Shown here: positions 26,347 through 34,935 of the stretch, piece after piece
How the letters are laid out: every line of letters starts with the position of its first letter
Numbering within the stretch: position 1 is the stretch's first letter
NCBI GenBank assembly: GCA_963674735.2
Contig: CAXXQS010000001.1
Location: 960,001-1,024,000, forward strand
Direction: 5' to 3'
Length of the DNA: 64,000 nucleotides
Origin: Myxococcota bacterium
GTDB lineage: Bacteria > Myxococcota_A > SURF-8
The notes under the pieces: generated by a model
Database searches by the model: none
Told to the model about the DNA's origin: nothing
The model's input: only the letters and a program-made list of their open reading frames with translations
Position numbers and translations under genes: made by a program

Positions 26347-28104
26347 GTGAAACCGTTGAAGACCACTTACTTGGGGTTGCTAGTCGGGGCGTGGCTTGTT
26401 GTTGTGGTTCTGGCTGGTGTTGTTCTCAGCATCGAGCCGGGACGGGATACGATGGCAAACCGGTTCGGAGAAGTTGCCTGGGATCACGAACTGCATGCCC
26501 GTGATGCGGTGAAGAACTGTCAGAGCTGCCACCACACCTCCCATCCGGGTGAATCCGATCCGCAGGCATGCCGTAATTGTCACAAAAATCCCAGCCTGTC
26601 AGATTCCGTTTACGCTTTGGCTATGACGGCGAAAAAAGGTCCGGCGGGAAAAGTCGAGAAAGAAGTTCCATCCCGCCGCAAAGCCTTCCACAAAAGTTGC
26701 ATCGGCTGTCATACCGCCGTAGCGAAAGGTCCGGTTGCTTGCCGCGAATGCCACATGCAGGTTTTCCCCACTGAGCAGGGCTCGACGGGTTTCGATCACA
26801 TCGGGTATGCCATCGAGAACGAACAGCGCTGCGAGTCCTGCCACGAGAAAGGGAAACCAGCCAACCTTAAAGGTGCAGAATGGGATAATTGCGCCTCTTG
26901 CCACGCCGAGGGACACATTCACGCTGAATGGGACAAGGAAACGCCGTTTAACCACTACCCGTTGTTCGCCGGAACGGGGGGCGAGGTGGTTTGGGACCAT
27001 CGGGGACATATTCTCGAACACATGGATTTCGAGGGACGTTCGCAGGATTGTCAGAGTTGCCATCACATGGATGCCGAGTTGTCGCCCCAGGCCTATCGCC
27101 GTTGCGATCAGTGCCACAAAGCCGCCGACAGCGAGCCGATGGCCAACGGTAAGGTGATACCCTCACGTAAGCGTGCTTTGCACGGAGTGTGTCTCGATTG
27201 CCATGATGCGCGCGACCGTGCACTTCCGGAAGAGATGCCGAAAAGCTGCAACGACTGCCACCGCAAAGCTCTTCATTACGAGGAAAGCCGCTTCGGACTG
27301 ATCACCTGGTCTCACGATGCCCATGGCAACAATGCCGGAGTCGGATGCACCTACTGCCATCACACGGATCCGGAAGAGGGGCCCATGCAGGCTTGTTCCG
27401 AATGCCATTTCGAGGGTCAGGTTGGTAATTTCAAAACGTTGAAGAATTTGACTCACACGAACTGCGTCAACTGTCATTCGCTGGAACGGGCTGATGTACA
27501 GGACATGCTGAAGTGGAAAAACATTCGTACCTGCGATGCCTGTCACGTTGCCGGACCGAAGGCGAATCTCAATACGGCGCGGGCCACTTACCTGGCGAAA
27601 CATGGGAACCTGACGCTGCAGAGCGTCACGCATTCGCTTTGTTGGAAATGCCACAAGCAAAGCGGGGCGGGACCAGGTGCCGATAATTGCCGTGGCTGCC
27701 ATGCATATCCGCGTGCTCGCCAAACAGCCTATGATGCTATGAAGCAAGCCGAGACAGAGCCGGAAGAATTGACGTTGCCTGAGGTTGAGTCCATTTCGCC
27801 GATGGCTTATCAAACCCATCGGATGCATGTCGATGTGGCGGGGATTCCCTGCTTCGATTGCCATCACAACATGCGTCCCAGCGAAAACGCCAAGCGAATA
27901 CTGAAAGACTTCAACGGCCCGACGGAAGGCTGCAAAATCGGAGGCGTGCTCGACGATTGTCGACCGCAGGCCGAAGATCCGCAACATTGCGCCAACTGTC
28001 ATGGCCAGGCGGCTTATCCGATTTCCGGAGAAAGACAAGCCCTGAGCGGCCTGTGCAACGGCTGTCACCAGGAATTCGGTCTCGAATTGCCGATGGGCGA
28101 TTGA
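26347..28104 (+). CDS. Periplasmic/membrane-anchored class III (c3-type) multiheme cytochrome with 19 CxxCH motifs
   Basis: GTG start after GAGG; N-terminal hydrophobic segment; 19 CxxCH counted; c3 signatures (W/F)DHxxH...CxxCHH. Confidence 0.92.
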   Translation: MKPLKTTYLGLLVGAWLVVVVLAGVVLSIEPGRDTMANRFGEVAWDHELHARDAVKNCQSCHHTSHPGESDPQACRNCHKNPSLSDSVYALAMTAKKGPAGKVEKEVPSRRKAFHKSCIGCHTAVAKGPVACRECHMQVFPTEQGSTGFDHIGYAIENEQRCESCHEKGKPANLKGAEWDNCASCHAEGHIHAEWDKETPFNHYPLFAGTGGEVVWDHRGHILEHMDFEGRSQDCQSCHHMDAELSPQAYRRCDQCHKAADSEPMANGKVIPSRKRALHGVCLDCHDARDRALPEEMPKSCNDCHRKALHYEESRFGLITWSHDAHGNNAGVGCTYCHHTDPEEGPMQACSECHFEGQVGNFKTLKNLTHTNCVNCHSLERADVQDMLKWKNIRTCDACHVAGPKANLNTARATYLAKHGNLTLQSVTHSLCWKCHKQSGAGPGADNCRGCHAYPRARQTAYDAMKQAETEPEELTLPEVESISPMAYQTHRMHVDVAGIPCFDCHHNMRPSENAKRILKDFNGPTEGCKIGGVLDDCRPQAEDPQHCANCHGQAAYPISGERQALSGLCNGCHQEFGLELPMGD

Positions 28105-28215
28105 CCGACTCGAAGATTGATGTCCGGCTTCTAGCCGTGTTTCGGAGATGATTGAAATAATCCTCGCCTGATGGCGGGGATATTTTGTGTATGCATCCCA
28201 GGTTTAGCAAGCAAG

Positions 28216-29574
28216 TCAGTTAGTCGAGAATGGACCGGATCTGTGTTTACGGGGCTCGATCAGGATCAGAGTCATATCCATGACGTTGGTCAAGGTCGGA
28301 CCGGTGATCGAAAGCGAATCGATTGCTTTGAAGAAGTGATACGAGTCGTTATCTTGCAGATACGAGATTGCGGACAAGCCTACTGTGTTTCCGTGTTGCA
28401 CTGTTTTACCGCATGCAAATGCACCTGCGGCATCGGTTGGTCCATCGGAACCATCTGTTCCGGCGCACAAAACATAGATACCCTCCGTGCCGCTGAGTTC
28501 TATCGCCATGGCCAAGGCCAATTCCTGGTTGCGACCACCCTTGCCCTTGCCGTTGATATGGACGGTTGTTTCTCCTCCGGCGACAAGCAGCAAGGGTTTC
28601 AAAAGGGAATCAAGACGTTTCGCCTTTGCCTGATCAGCCAGAATTTTTGCGACATCTCGGGCTTCTCCCTCGATAGCGGAACTCAATATTTCAACATCGA
28701 AATCCAGTTCAGCCGCCGCTAAACACGTGGCCTCTATCGCTAGTTTATTGGTTGCGATCAAGTGGTTGCTGACATGCGAAAGAGACTGCGCGCTTTTCGG
28801 CGTTTCGGATCGCCGTCCCAGGCTTCCTTCTGCAAGATGCTGCATGACGTCATCCGGGAGTTGCTTGGCTATGTCGTATGACTCAATGATTCTTAAACAG
28901 TCGGAAAACGTGGATGAATCCAAAACGGTCGGCCCCGATCCGATAACGGACAGATCATCTCCAATCACATCGGAAACAATCAAAGATATAACGGTCGAAG
29001 GAAGTGCGATTTCCGCCAAACGTCCACCTTTTACGGCGGAGGTGTGCTTGCGGATGGTATTGATTTCGTGGATGGTTGCGCCGCAGCCGAGAAGAGTTTC
29101 GGAAATCTTTTGTTTGTGAGAGAGATCGAGCGGGGCTACCGGAGCGATCATCAAGGCGCTGCTGCCGCCGGTGATACAACAGATCACCAAGTCTTTTTGC
29201 GTGCAATTTTCAAGACGGCGGATGATGGCATGGGTTGCTTCAACGCCATGCATATCCGGAACCGGATGAGAGGCTTCCCAGCAACGAACATACGAAAGCT
29301 CTTGCGCATGACCCGTTTTGACAACGATGTCGCCACCGGAAATGCGGTCTCCCAGCATGTTTTCCAGGGCAATCGCCATGGGTGCAGCGCCTTTGCCTCC
29401 ACCGACGATATGTATGCGTTCGAAAAGACCAAGATCGATGTGGCTGTCTCCTATGTGGAGATAATCGTCTTCCAGGTTTAAATTTCGATAGACGGCCTGA
29501 TCGGTTTTTACCGCCGCAACACCTTTATCGAAAAGCATTTGCAGGATGGAATCGTGTTTAATGGAATGGAGCAT
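28216..29574 (-). CDS. Glycerate kinase type 2 (MOFRL/DUF4147, GckA/TtuD-like)
   Basis: GGGKGA, ASHPVPD, TGGSSAL, SDVIGD, GGETTV, GGRNQE, GTDGSDG and TGPTLTNVMD. Confidence 0.92.
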   Translation of the reverse strand: MLHSIKHDSILQMLFDKGVAAVKTDQAVYRNLNLEDDYLHIGDSHIDLGLFERIHIVGGGKGAAPMAIALENMLGDRISGGDIVVKTGHAQELSYVRCWEASHPVPDMHGVEATHAIIRRLENCTQKDLVICCITGGSSALMIAPVAPLDLSHKQKISETLLGCGATIHEINTIRKHTSAVKGGRLAEIALPSTVISLIVSDVIGDDLSVIGSGPTVLDSSTFSDCLRIIESYDIAKQLPDDVMQHLAEGSLGRRSETPKSAQSLSHVSNHLIATNKLAIEATCLAAAELDFDVEILSSAIEGEARDVAKILADQAKAKRLDSLLKPLLLVAGGETTVHINGKGKGGRNQELALAMAIELSGTEGIYVLCAGTDGSDGPTDAAGAFACGKTVQHGNTVGLSAISYLQDNDSYHFFKAIDSLSITGPTLTNVMDMTLILIEPRKHRSGPFSTN

Positions 29575-29588
29575 ATTCGATGAGACTC

Positions 29589-30872
29589 TCAGACGTTTGG
29601 GTTCAGAGGAATGACATAGGGCCCTTCTGGAATAACGGCTATTCGTCGATCCTCGGATCTTTGCACCCAATCCAGAACTGAACGTTCGAGTTCCGAAACA
29701 TTCAATACGCCGGTAAGGGTGCGTTCTTCTTTATCAAGACCTTCGGTGTAAAGCGCGTAGGATCCTTTCAGCATTACCTCGGCCAGTAACTGCGTTTGCC
29801 ACTCGTCGATGTCGGCGGTCGGTTTGCGTTCAAGTTCTTTCAAGAAACCGGAGGGGCCCAGATTGACCAAACGCTTCTGTGCTTCTCTGAATTTTATCGA
29901 GCCAAATCCTTTTGCGCAGCGAGAGACAACGAACATTTTTCCCTCGGGCGCGAGTGCTCCGGCCGCCCCAACCATTCCTTTGATCGTCTGATAATACGTG
30001 TTATCCAAAGGATGCCCAGCCGAGGTTGTGATAACGGTTGTATAGGGATCATCGATCTGAATTTCACCGTATCTTTTGAAATAGTTCACGGCTTGCAAGT
30101 GGCTTTCGACCAGTTCTCCGAAATTCAGATAACAGATCTTTCTGTTTTCATCCAGGACGACATTTACCGCATAAGTCGGTCCGACTTGTTTGGCGATACG
30201 CAATTGCTCTTCGTGTAAGGGATTGCCGGATAATATGCAGTTCGAAGCTGCAGGCTGACTGAGAACGGAATAGGCATGTAGATGCGAGATCGTTTCAGTC
30301 GAAGCGACGCCCGGTGCAATCAGTTTGCGTCCACCCGAATATCCGGCCATAAAATGCGGTTCAACCAAACCGACAACGATCCTCACGTCTGCCTCGACAA
30401 ACCGCCTGTCCAAGTGAATGGGAGTGCCATTGGGTGTGCTGCCGAGTGATAGATGCCGGCTGCGTTCGGTCGCATCGTGACTGACGACGCGGGTTCGATC
30501 GAAGAGACGGTCGTCCCCAACCGTTTCACGCAAGGTGTCTTGCGAAAGAGGTTCGTGAAGACCCGTTGCGACAAGAATCGTCACGTTGCTTGTGTCGACA
30601 CCGGCCAATTCAAGTTGTTTGACTATTTCAGGAAGAATCAACCCGTTGGGAACGGGGCGGGTATCGTCGCAAATAAGGATACAGACCGATTTATTTCCAC
30701 GGACCGCCTGCACCAACGGCTCCGCTTGCATCGGGGATTCGAGAGACGCAACAAGATGTTTCCGTGGATCATCAAGTGGCTTCATCGGATGCTTGCGAAT
30801 GATCGTTACGTCCAGATCATCGGGAAGCACAAGATTGTATCCGGTCTCACCGTAATAAAGCTTGTAAATCAT
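29589..30872 (-). CDS. larA: Nickel-pincer-dependent lactate racemase family protein (LarA homolog)
   Basis: DDTRP, ATGLH, PHFMAGYSGGRK, GHPLDNTYYQTIKG and IPEGPY. Confidence 0.88.
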   Translation of the reverse strand: MIYKLYYGETGYNLVLPDDLDVTIIRKHPMKPLDDPRKHLVASLESPMQAEPLVQAVRGNKSVCILICDDTRPVPNGLILPEIVKQLELAGVDTSNVTILVATGLHEPLSQDTLRETVGDDRLFDRTRVVSHDATERSRHLSLGSTPNGTPIHLDRRFVEADVRIVVGLVEPHFMAGYSGGRKLIAPGVASTETISHLHAYSVLSQPAASNCILSGNPLHEEQLRIAKQVGPTYAVNVVLDENRKICYLNFGELVESHLQAVNYFKRYGEIQIDDPYTTVITTSAGHPLDNTYYQTIKGMVGAAGALAPEGKMFVVSRCAKGFGSIKFREAQKRLVNLGPSGFLKELERKPTADIDEWQTQLLAEVMLKGSYALYTEGLDKEERTLTGVLNVSELERSVLDWVQRSEDRRIAVIPEGPYVIPLNPNV

Positions 30873-30873
30873 C

Positions 30874-31911
30874 TTACCACTTGGCGTAATGTTCTTCGCA
30901 GAATCCGAACAATTCGATTTCGAAAGATTTCCCATGGTGAACCAAGGTGCCCTTGAATGTCCCGAAAGGCTGGTGCAGACTACTGGCAACCAATCCTAAA
31001 TTGATCTTTTCATACCGTTCGGTGCCGGGTTGAAAGGTTAAATCGAGCAATCCGTCTTCGGTTCTTATTTTCCATGGCTTACCAAGAACATCCTGGGAAT
31101 CGTATTCGAACCCGACACTGGACAGGACACAAGGATCGCCGTCTAGCCATATCGTGTTCTGGCTGTACTGGCCATCCACCAATCCTCTCGAACAGTTAAT
31201 GCCGACCGGGCGACCATCCGAATCTCTTCCAACCGCACAGGCCCAATTCCAGGTCGTTGCGCGCGGGGGAGTAGAAGCCGTCCAATCATAGAGCGCGAGT
31301 GCTGAATCCGACAACCGATACTCCTGGCCATTAACCTTGATGATTCCTTTCGCCAGTTGACCTGCGGATTTGTATGTGTAATGAAAGCCATGCGTATCTT
31401 GCGGACAGAGGGCGGAAACGCCGGTTCCCGGTTCGTTCAGGGTGATATCGGCGCTGAATTCGGGACCGAAGTCAAGTTTGAGATGGCGTTCGCCGTTGTT
31501 GTCGGTGTTATCGGTACGGATATATGTTGTGCCCTTTCTGATTTCACTGATGCCGCTATCGGCGGAGGCAGAAAAGGAAGTTCCTTTTGCCAGCGGCTTT
31601 TTGATGTTGAATTCGATGAGGGACTGCTTTTTGCGGTCGAACAGATAGGCAAAGCCGGTCGCCAAGTATTGAATGTGGGCAATGGCCGCGCCGAGGACAA
31701 AATTTTCGTCGATAACCCCGTAAAATTGCCAGCGTTTAAAACGTTTTTGTTTGCCGCCGATGCCGATGGGGAAGGGAAGGGCTTTGAGCTTTCCGTAATC
31801 GAATTCCTGAGCATTGATTTCCGAGACAGGCCCGGCGAATGTCCCGAATGGGACCGATTTATCAGGCAAAACCAGTTTTTCAGGTGCGGGCTTGAGTGTG
31901 TTCGGACACAT
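30874..31911 (-). CDS. DUF2804-like protein
   Basis: KRWQFY, YTYK, WNWA, NTIWLDG, LDLTFQP and HQPFGTFKG...EEHYAKW. Confidence 0.75.
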   Translation of the reverse strand: MCPNTLKPAPEKLVLPDKSVPFGTFAGPVSEINAQEFDYGKLKALPFPIGIGGKQKRFKRWQFYGVIDENFVLGAAIAHIQYLATGFAYLFDRKKQSLIEFNIKKPLAKGTSFSASADSGISEIRKGTTYIRTDNTDNNGERHLKLDFGPEFSADITLNEPGTGVSALCPQDTHGFHYTYKSAGQLAKGIIKVNGQEYRLSDSALALYDWTASTPPRATTWNWACAVGRDSDGRPVGINCSRGLVDGQYSQNTIWLDGDPCVLSSVGFEYDSQDVLGKPWKIRTEDGLLDLTFQPGTERYEKINLGLVASSLHQPFGTFKGTLVHHGKSFEIELFGFCEEHYAKW

Positions 31912-31926
31912 CTTTCCAAACTCCTG

Positions 31927-32904
31927 TCATTTCAAGGTTTTAGTGAACCAGTCCACAATGGCCGGTAAGACGAGCGGGATGGCATCGTGGAAGATCATGT
32001 GTTTGGTTTCGGGAATTATTTTTATTCGGTCTTCAGGGAAACCGGCCTGATTCCACCATTCTTTGCTGGTTTCGAGAGGCAAGACCTTCTCCCATTCGGA
32101 AATCAGCCCGAGTACGGGGCAAGAGACATGGCCGTAATCGTTTGTTGGCCGATAACCACCGAAGTACGAGGCGACCGAGCGCAAGGTGAGCGCTTGGCAG
32201 TAAATCGGGTCATTCTGAATATTTTCGAAATAGGCGATGAGGTCTGTTTGTGAAGAAAGATCTTTGACTTTCTTGGGGTCCACCAGTTTACGAATCGGAA
32301 TCATCAAGTCCGGTTTGAACTTGTTGACTTGCCTAAGAAACGCATTGAGCAGCCACTTTCCTTTATCCGCCAGTTCTCCCGGATAGATCCAGTTATGACA
32401 GATCGCGCTTTTAATGCCGTCGAGGTCGGGAAGGAGGTAAAAGGTTGTGATTCCGCCTAGGCTTGTTCCGAAAAGACCGATCGAGGCGTTATATGTTTGG
32501 GTCGCGTACTCGATCACGATAGGCATCAATTCCTTGACGTCTTCCACCGAGCAATCGCCGCGCCGCCCGTCCGAAAATCCGTGCCCGGGCCGATCGATGG
32601 CGACAATGTTGAAGCCTGCCTCGGATAGCATAGCTAAAAAGACGAAGTAAAAGCGGGAGTAGTTGCAAATTCCACAATGGAAGATCAACACCGGATCGCT
32701 TGGGTTAGATTCGTAAATGTCGAGATTGATCGATCCTTCTCGAAACGGAATCGAGACAGGTTTGACCCGCGCGTAAAGCTCACCGATTCGGCTTTGTCCC
32801 CCGGCGGCATCGCAAACGACCGGAAGACGTTTTATCAGCGCCGGAAGGCTCTTGTCTGCGTATTGCATCCAATCGTTTTGACTCATGTTCAAGTCCATCT
32901 CCAT
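31927..32904 (-). CDS. Alpha/beta hydrolase (lysophospholipase-like)
   Basis: DRPGHGFSDGRRG, GTSLGG and KHMIFHD. Confidence 0.82.
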   Translation of the reverse strand: MEMDLNMSQNDWMQYADKSLPALIKRLPVVCDAAGGQSRIGELYARVKPVSIPFREGSINLDIYESNPSDPVLIFHCGICNYSRFYFVFLAMLSEAGFNIVAIDRPGHGFSDGRRGDCSVEDVKELMPIVIEYATQTYNASIGLFGTSLGGITTFYLLPDLDGIKSAICHNWIYPGELADKGKWLLNAFLRQVNKFKPDLMIPIRKLVDPKKVKDLSSQTDLIAYFENIQNDPIYCQALTLRSVASYFGGYRPTNDYGHVSCPVLGLISEWEKVLPLETSKEWWNQAGFPEDRIKIIPETKHMIFHDAIPLVLPAIVDWFTKTLK

Positions 32905-33096
32905 GAGTTGCCGTAGTCGGCCGGTCCGACTTTAGAGTGTCGGGTGATGCTAGGTCAGAATGGGCGGGAAATCCAGAAAAAACAGTCACTCATCGAGGAT
33001 CGTAATTGTGGCTCGTTGTTTTCGTTTCAGGCCATCAGACTGAGGCCCTCTTGCTTTTCATCTCTTTACATGGTAGGCCGACAGCGGAGGTGACGC

Positions 33097-33906
33097 ATGA
33101 CGGATGTTCATGATGAGCGCGTATCGTTTGACGATTTGGTTGACATTATGGCCACCCTGCGAGGACCGGATGGGTGCCCTTGGGATCGTAAGCAAACGCT
33201 TGAAACGATTAAGGATTACTTCACGGAAGAAGTTTACGAAGCCTTGGAGGCGATAGACGAAGGTGATTTCGACAAGATCCGAGAAGAACTCGGGGATGTT
33301 TTGTTCGAAGTCTGCTTTCTGGCCCGTCTTTGTGAAGAAAACGGCAGGTTCACGGTTTACGATTCGATTCGCCAGATCCATGACAAATTGATTCGGCGCC
33401 ATCCCCATGTTTTTGGAGATGAGAAGGTTACTGAAGCGGAAGAAGTTCCCGGACGCTGGGCCAAATTGAAAGCGCAGGAAAAGCGAGACAATGGCGAACG
33501 AGTTTCCATTTTGGATGGTGTTCCGAAACGGCTGCCGCCCCTTTTACAGGCACTTCGTATTTCCGAACGAGCGGTTGCTGTCGGGTTCGAGTGGGAAACG
33601 GCCGGTGACGTACTTGAAAAATTGGAAGAGGAAATCGCCGAGTTGAAAGAGGCGATCGAACTGGGAGAGCCGCGCGAACGCTTGGAGGATGAACTGGGAG
33701 ATGTCCTGTTCACGGCCGTTAATGTGGGGCGTAAGCTGGAAATAGGGGCTCACGATTCTCTCACCCGAACCATGAACAAGTTCCGGACGCGTTTCGGATG
33801 GATGGAAAGGCGACTGCGGGAGCAGGGAAAAGAATTGGAAGAACAGGGTATCGAGCAGTTGGAAATGCTGTGGCAAGCGGCAAAGAGAGTGGAACGCGAG
33901 AAATAA
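33097..33906 (+). CDS. mazG: Nucleoside triphosphate pyrophosphohydrolase MazG
   Basis: LRGPDGCPWD, EEVYE, EELGD, KLIRRHPHVF and a second EEIAE/DELGD repeat. Confidence 0.95.
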   Translation: MTDVHDERVSFDDLVDIMATLRGPDGCPWDRKQTLETIKDYFTEEVYEALEAIDEGDFDKIREELGDVLFEVCFLARLCEENGRFTVYDSIRQIHDKLIRRHPHVFGDEKVTEAEEVPGRWAKLKAQEKRDNGERVSILDGVPKRLPPLLQALRISERAVAVGFEWETAGDVLEKLEEEIAELKEAIELGEPRERLEDELGDVLFTAVNVGRKLEIGAHDSLTRTMNKFRTRFGWMERRLREQGKELEEQGIEQLEMLWQAAKRVEREK

Positions 33907-33930
33907 AAAGGGCGGGAATAACCCGCCCTT
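33907..33930. terminator. Terminator between convergent genes
   Basis: aagggcggg-aataa-cccgccctt perfect stem. Confidence 0.75.
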
Positions 33931-33954
33931 GCGATGGATAGCTAAAGAATAGCC

Positions 33955-34716
33955 TTACTTCTTGCGACCTTTCTTCGGTTCTTTTTTGGCCGGTTCGTCT
34001 TTGGTGCGACCTTTTTTGGGAGTCTTGACTTTCTCTTCTTCAACGGCCGGAGCTTTGTCGCCTTTGGCTTTTTTCATCGGATCGATGATTTCTTTTTCTT
34101 TGGTGGGATCCACCTGTACATTGGTGTCGGCCTTCAGGTCTTTCTCGGAAAGCTTGATGGCTTTCAAGAGTTTCGCCCGTTTGGCTTCGACCCCTTTTTT
34201 GTCGGCATTGAAGTAAGTGCGGAAGGCCAGGCGCTTCGCCGCGATCAAGCCGCTTTTACCTTTGCCATCCCAGCCGGTCTTGGCTTTGGTCTGAAGAAGT
34301 CCTTTTTTCTGGGAAAGCAAAGCGGCTTTGACGGTATAGCCGCCATTTTTGTCTTTTTTGAGTGCCAGGCTGACGACGTGGTTGGCTCCCGATTCACCTA
34401 ACACTTTTTGCTGGCAGATCGGGCTGCAACAAGCAAGATCTTTCGGGAAATTCTTTTTGACCATTTCAGCCGCTTTGGCAGCGTCTTCTTGGGAAAGTGC
34501 CGCGACGGACGTTCTCATCGCGGTGAAAGATTTGTTGAATTCTTTCCAGAATGCGGCCAAAGCTTGATCGGAAACCTGGTCGTCGATCCCTTCAAGCGGC
34601 AAGACAACCAATTTCGAGAAAACGGCTTTACTTTCAGCTGCGGCCGGTCCCGCGAACGCCGCCAGCATGACACCAGCCAACACCATCGTAAACAGAACCA
34701 TAAATTTGCTGCGCAT
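33955..34716 (-). CDS. Exported Lys-rich hypothetical protein
   Basis: AGGAGG RBS; signal peptide ending in AAA-E; CCSPIC motif; highly basic C-terminal tail. Confidence 0.75.
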   Translation of the reverse strand: MRSKFMVLFTMVLAGVMLAAFAGPAAAESKAVFSKLVVLPLEGIDDQVSDQALAAFWKEFNKSFTAMRTSVAALSQEDAAKAAEMVKKNFPKDLACCSPICQQKVLGESGANHVVSLALKKDKNGGYTVKAALLSQKKGLLQTKAKTGWDGKGKSGLIAAKRLAFRTYFNADKKGVEAKRAKLLKAIKLSEKDLKADTNVQVDPTKEKEIIDPMKKAKGDKAPAVEEEKVKTPKKGRTKDEPAKKEPKKGRKK

Positions 34717-34935
34717 GTGCTCCTCCTTTAGGAAATAATACCCCTCGGTTCGTATAAGCCATATTTGTAGCTGGAGTCTACCATCATTGAGTAAAAGCGT
34801 CTAGCCATTTTCCTGAAAATGCCATGAACAATTTCGGTGATGGCAGCTGTTGCCAAGTCGGTAATTACGGAACTTGGATTGACTGAGCAGATCGAATATT
34901 CCAGTCGAAATTGAATGGATCGTTCGATTCGGAGG

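Noticed and set aside
27163-28068. 301-aa minus-strand ORF
   Set aside because: Antisense to the multiheme cytochrome, with no recognisable motifs.
19828-28104. Selenocysteine or stop-codon readthrough in the redox genes
   Set aside because: The ORFs are full length, their Fe-S and heme motifs use ordinary Cys codons, and no in-frame TGA needs recoding.
33097-33906. MazG as a sign of a phage-defence or toxin-antitoxin system
   Set aside because: It is the ordinary two-domain housekeeping form with no mazEF or defence neighbours.
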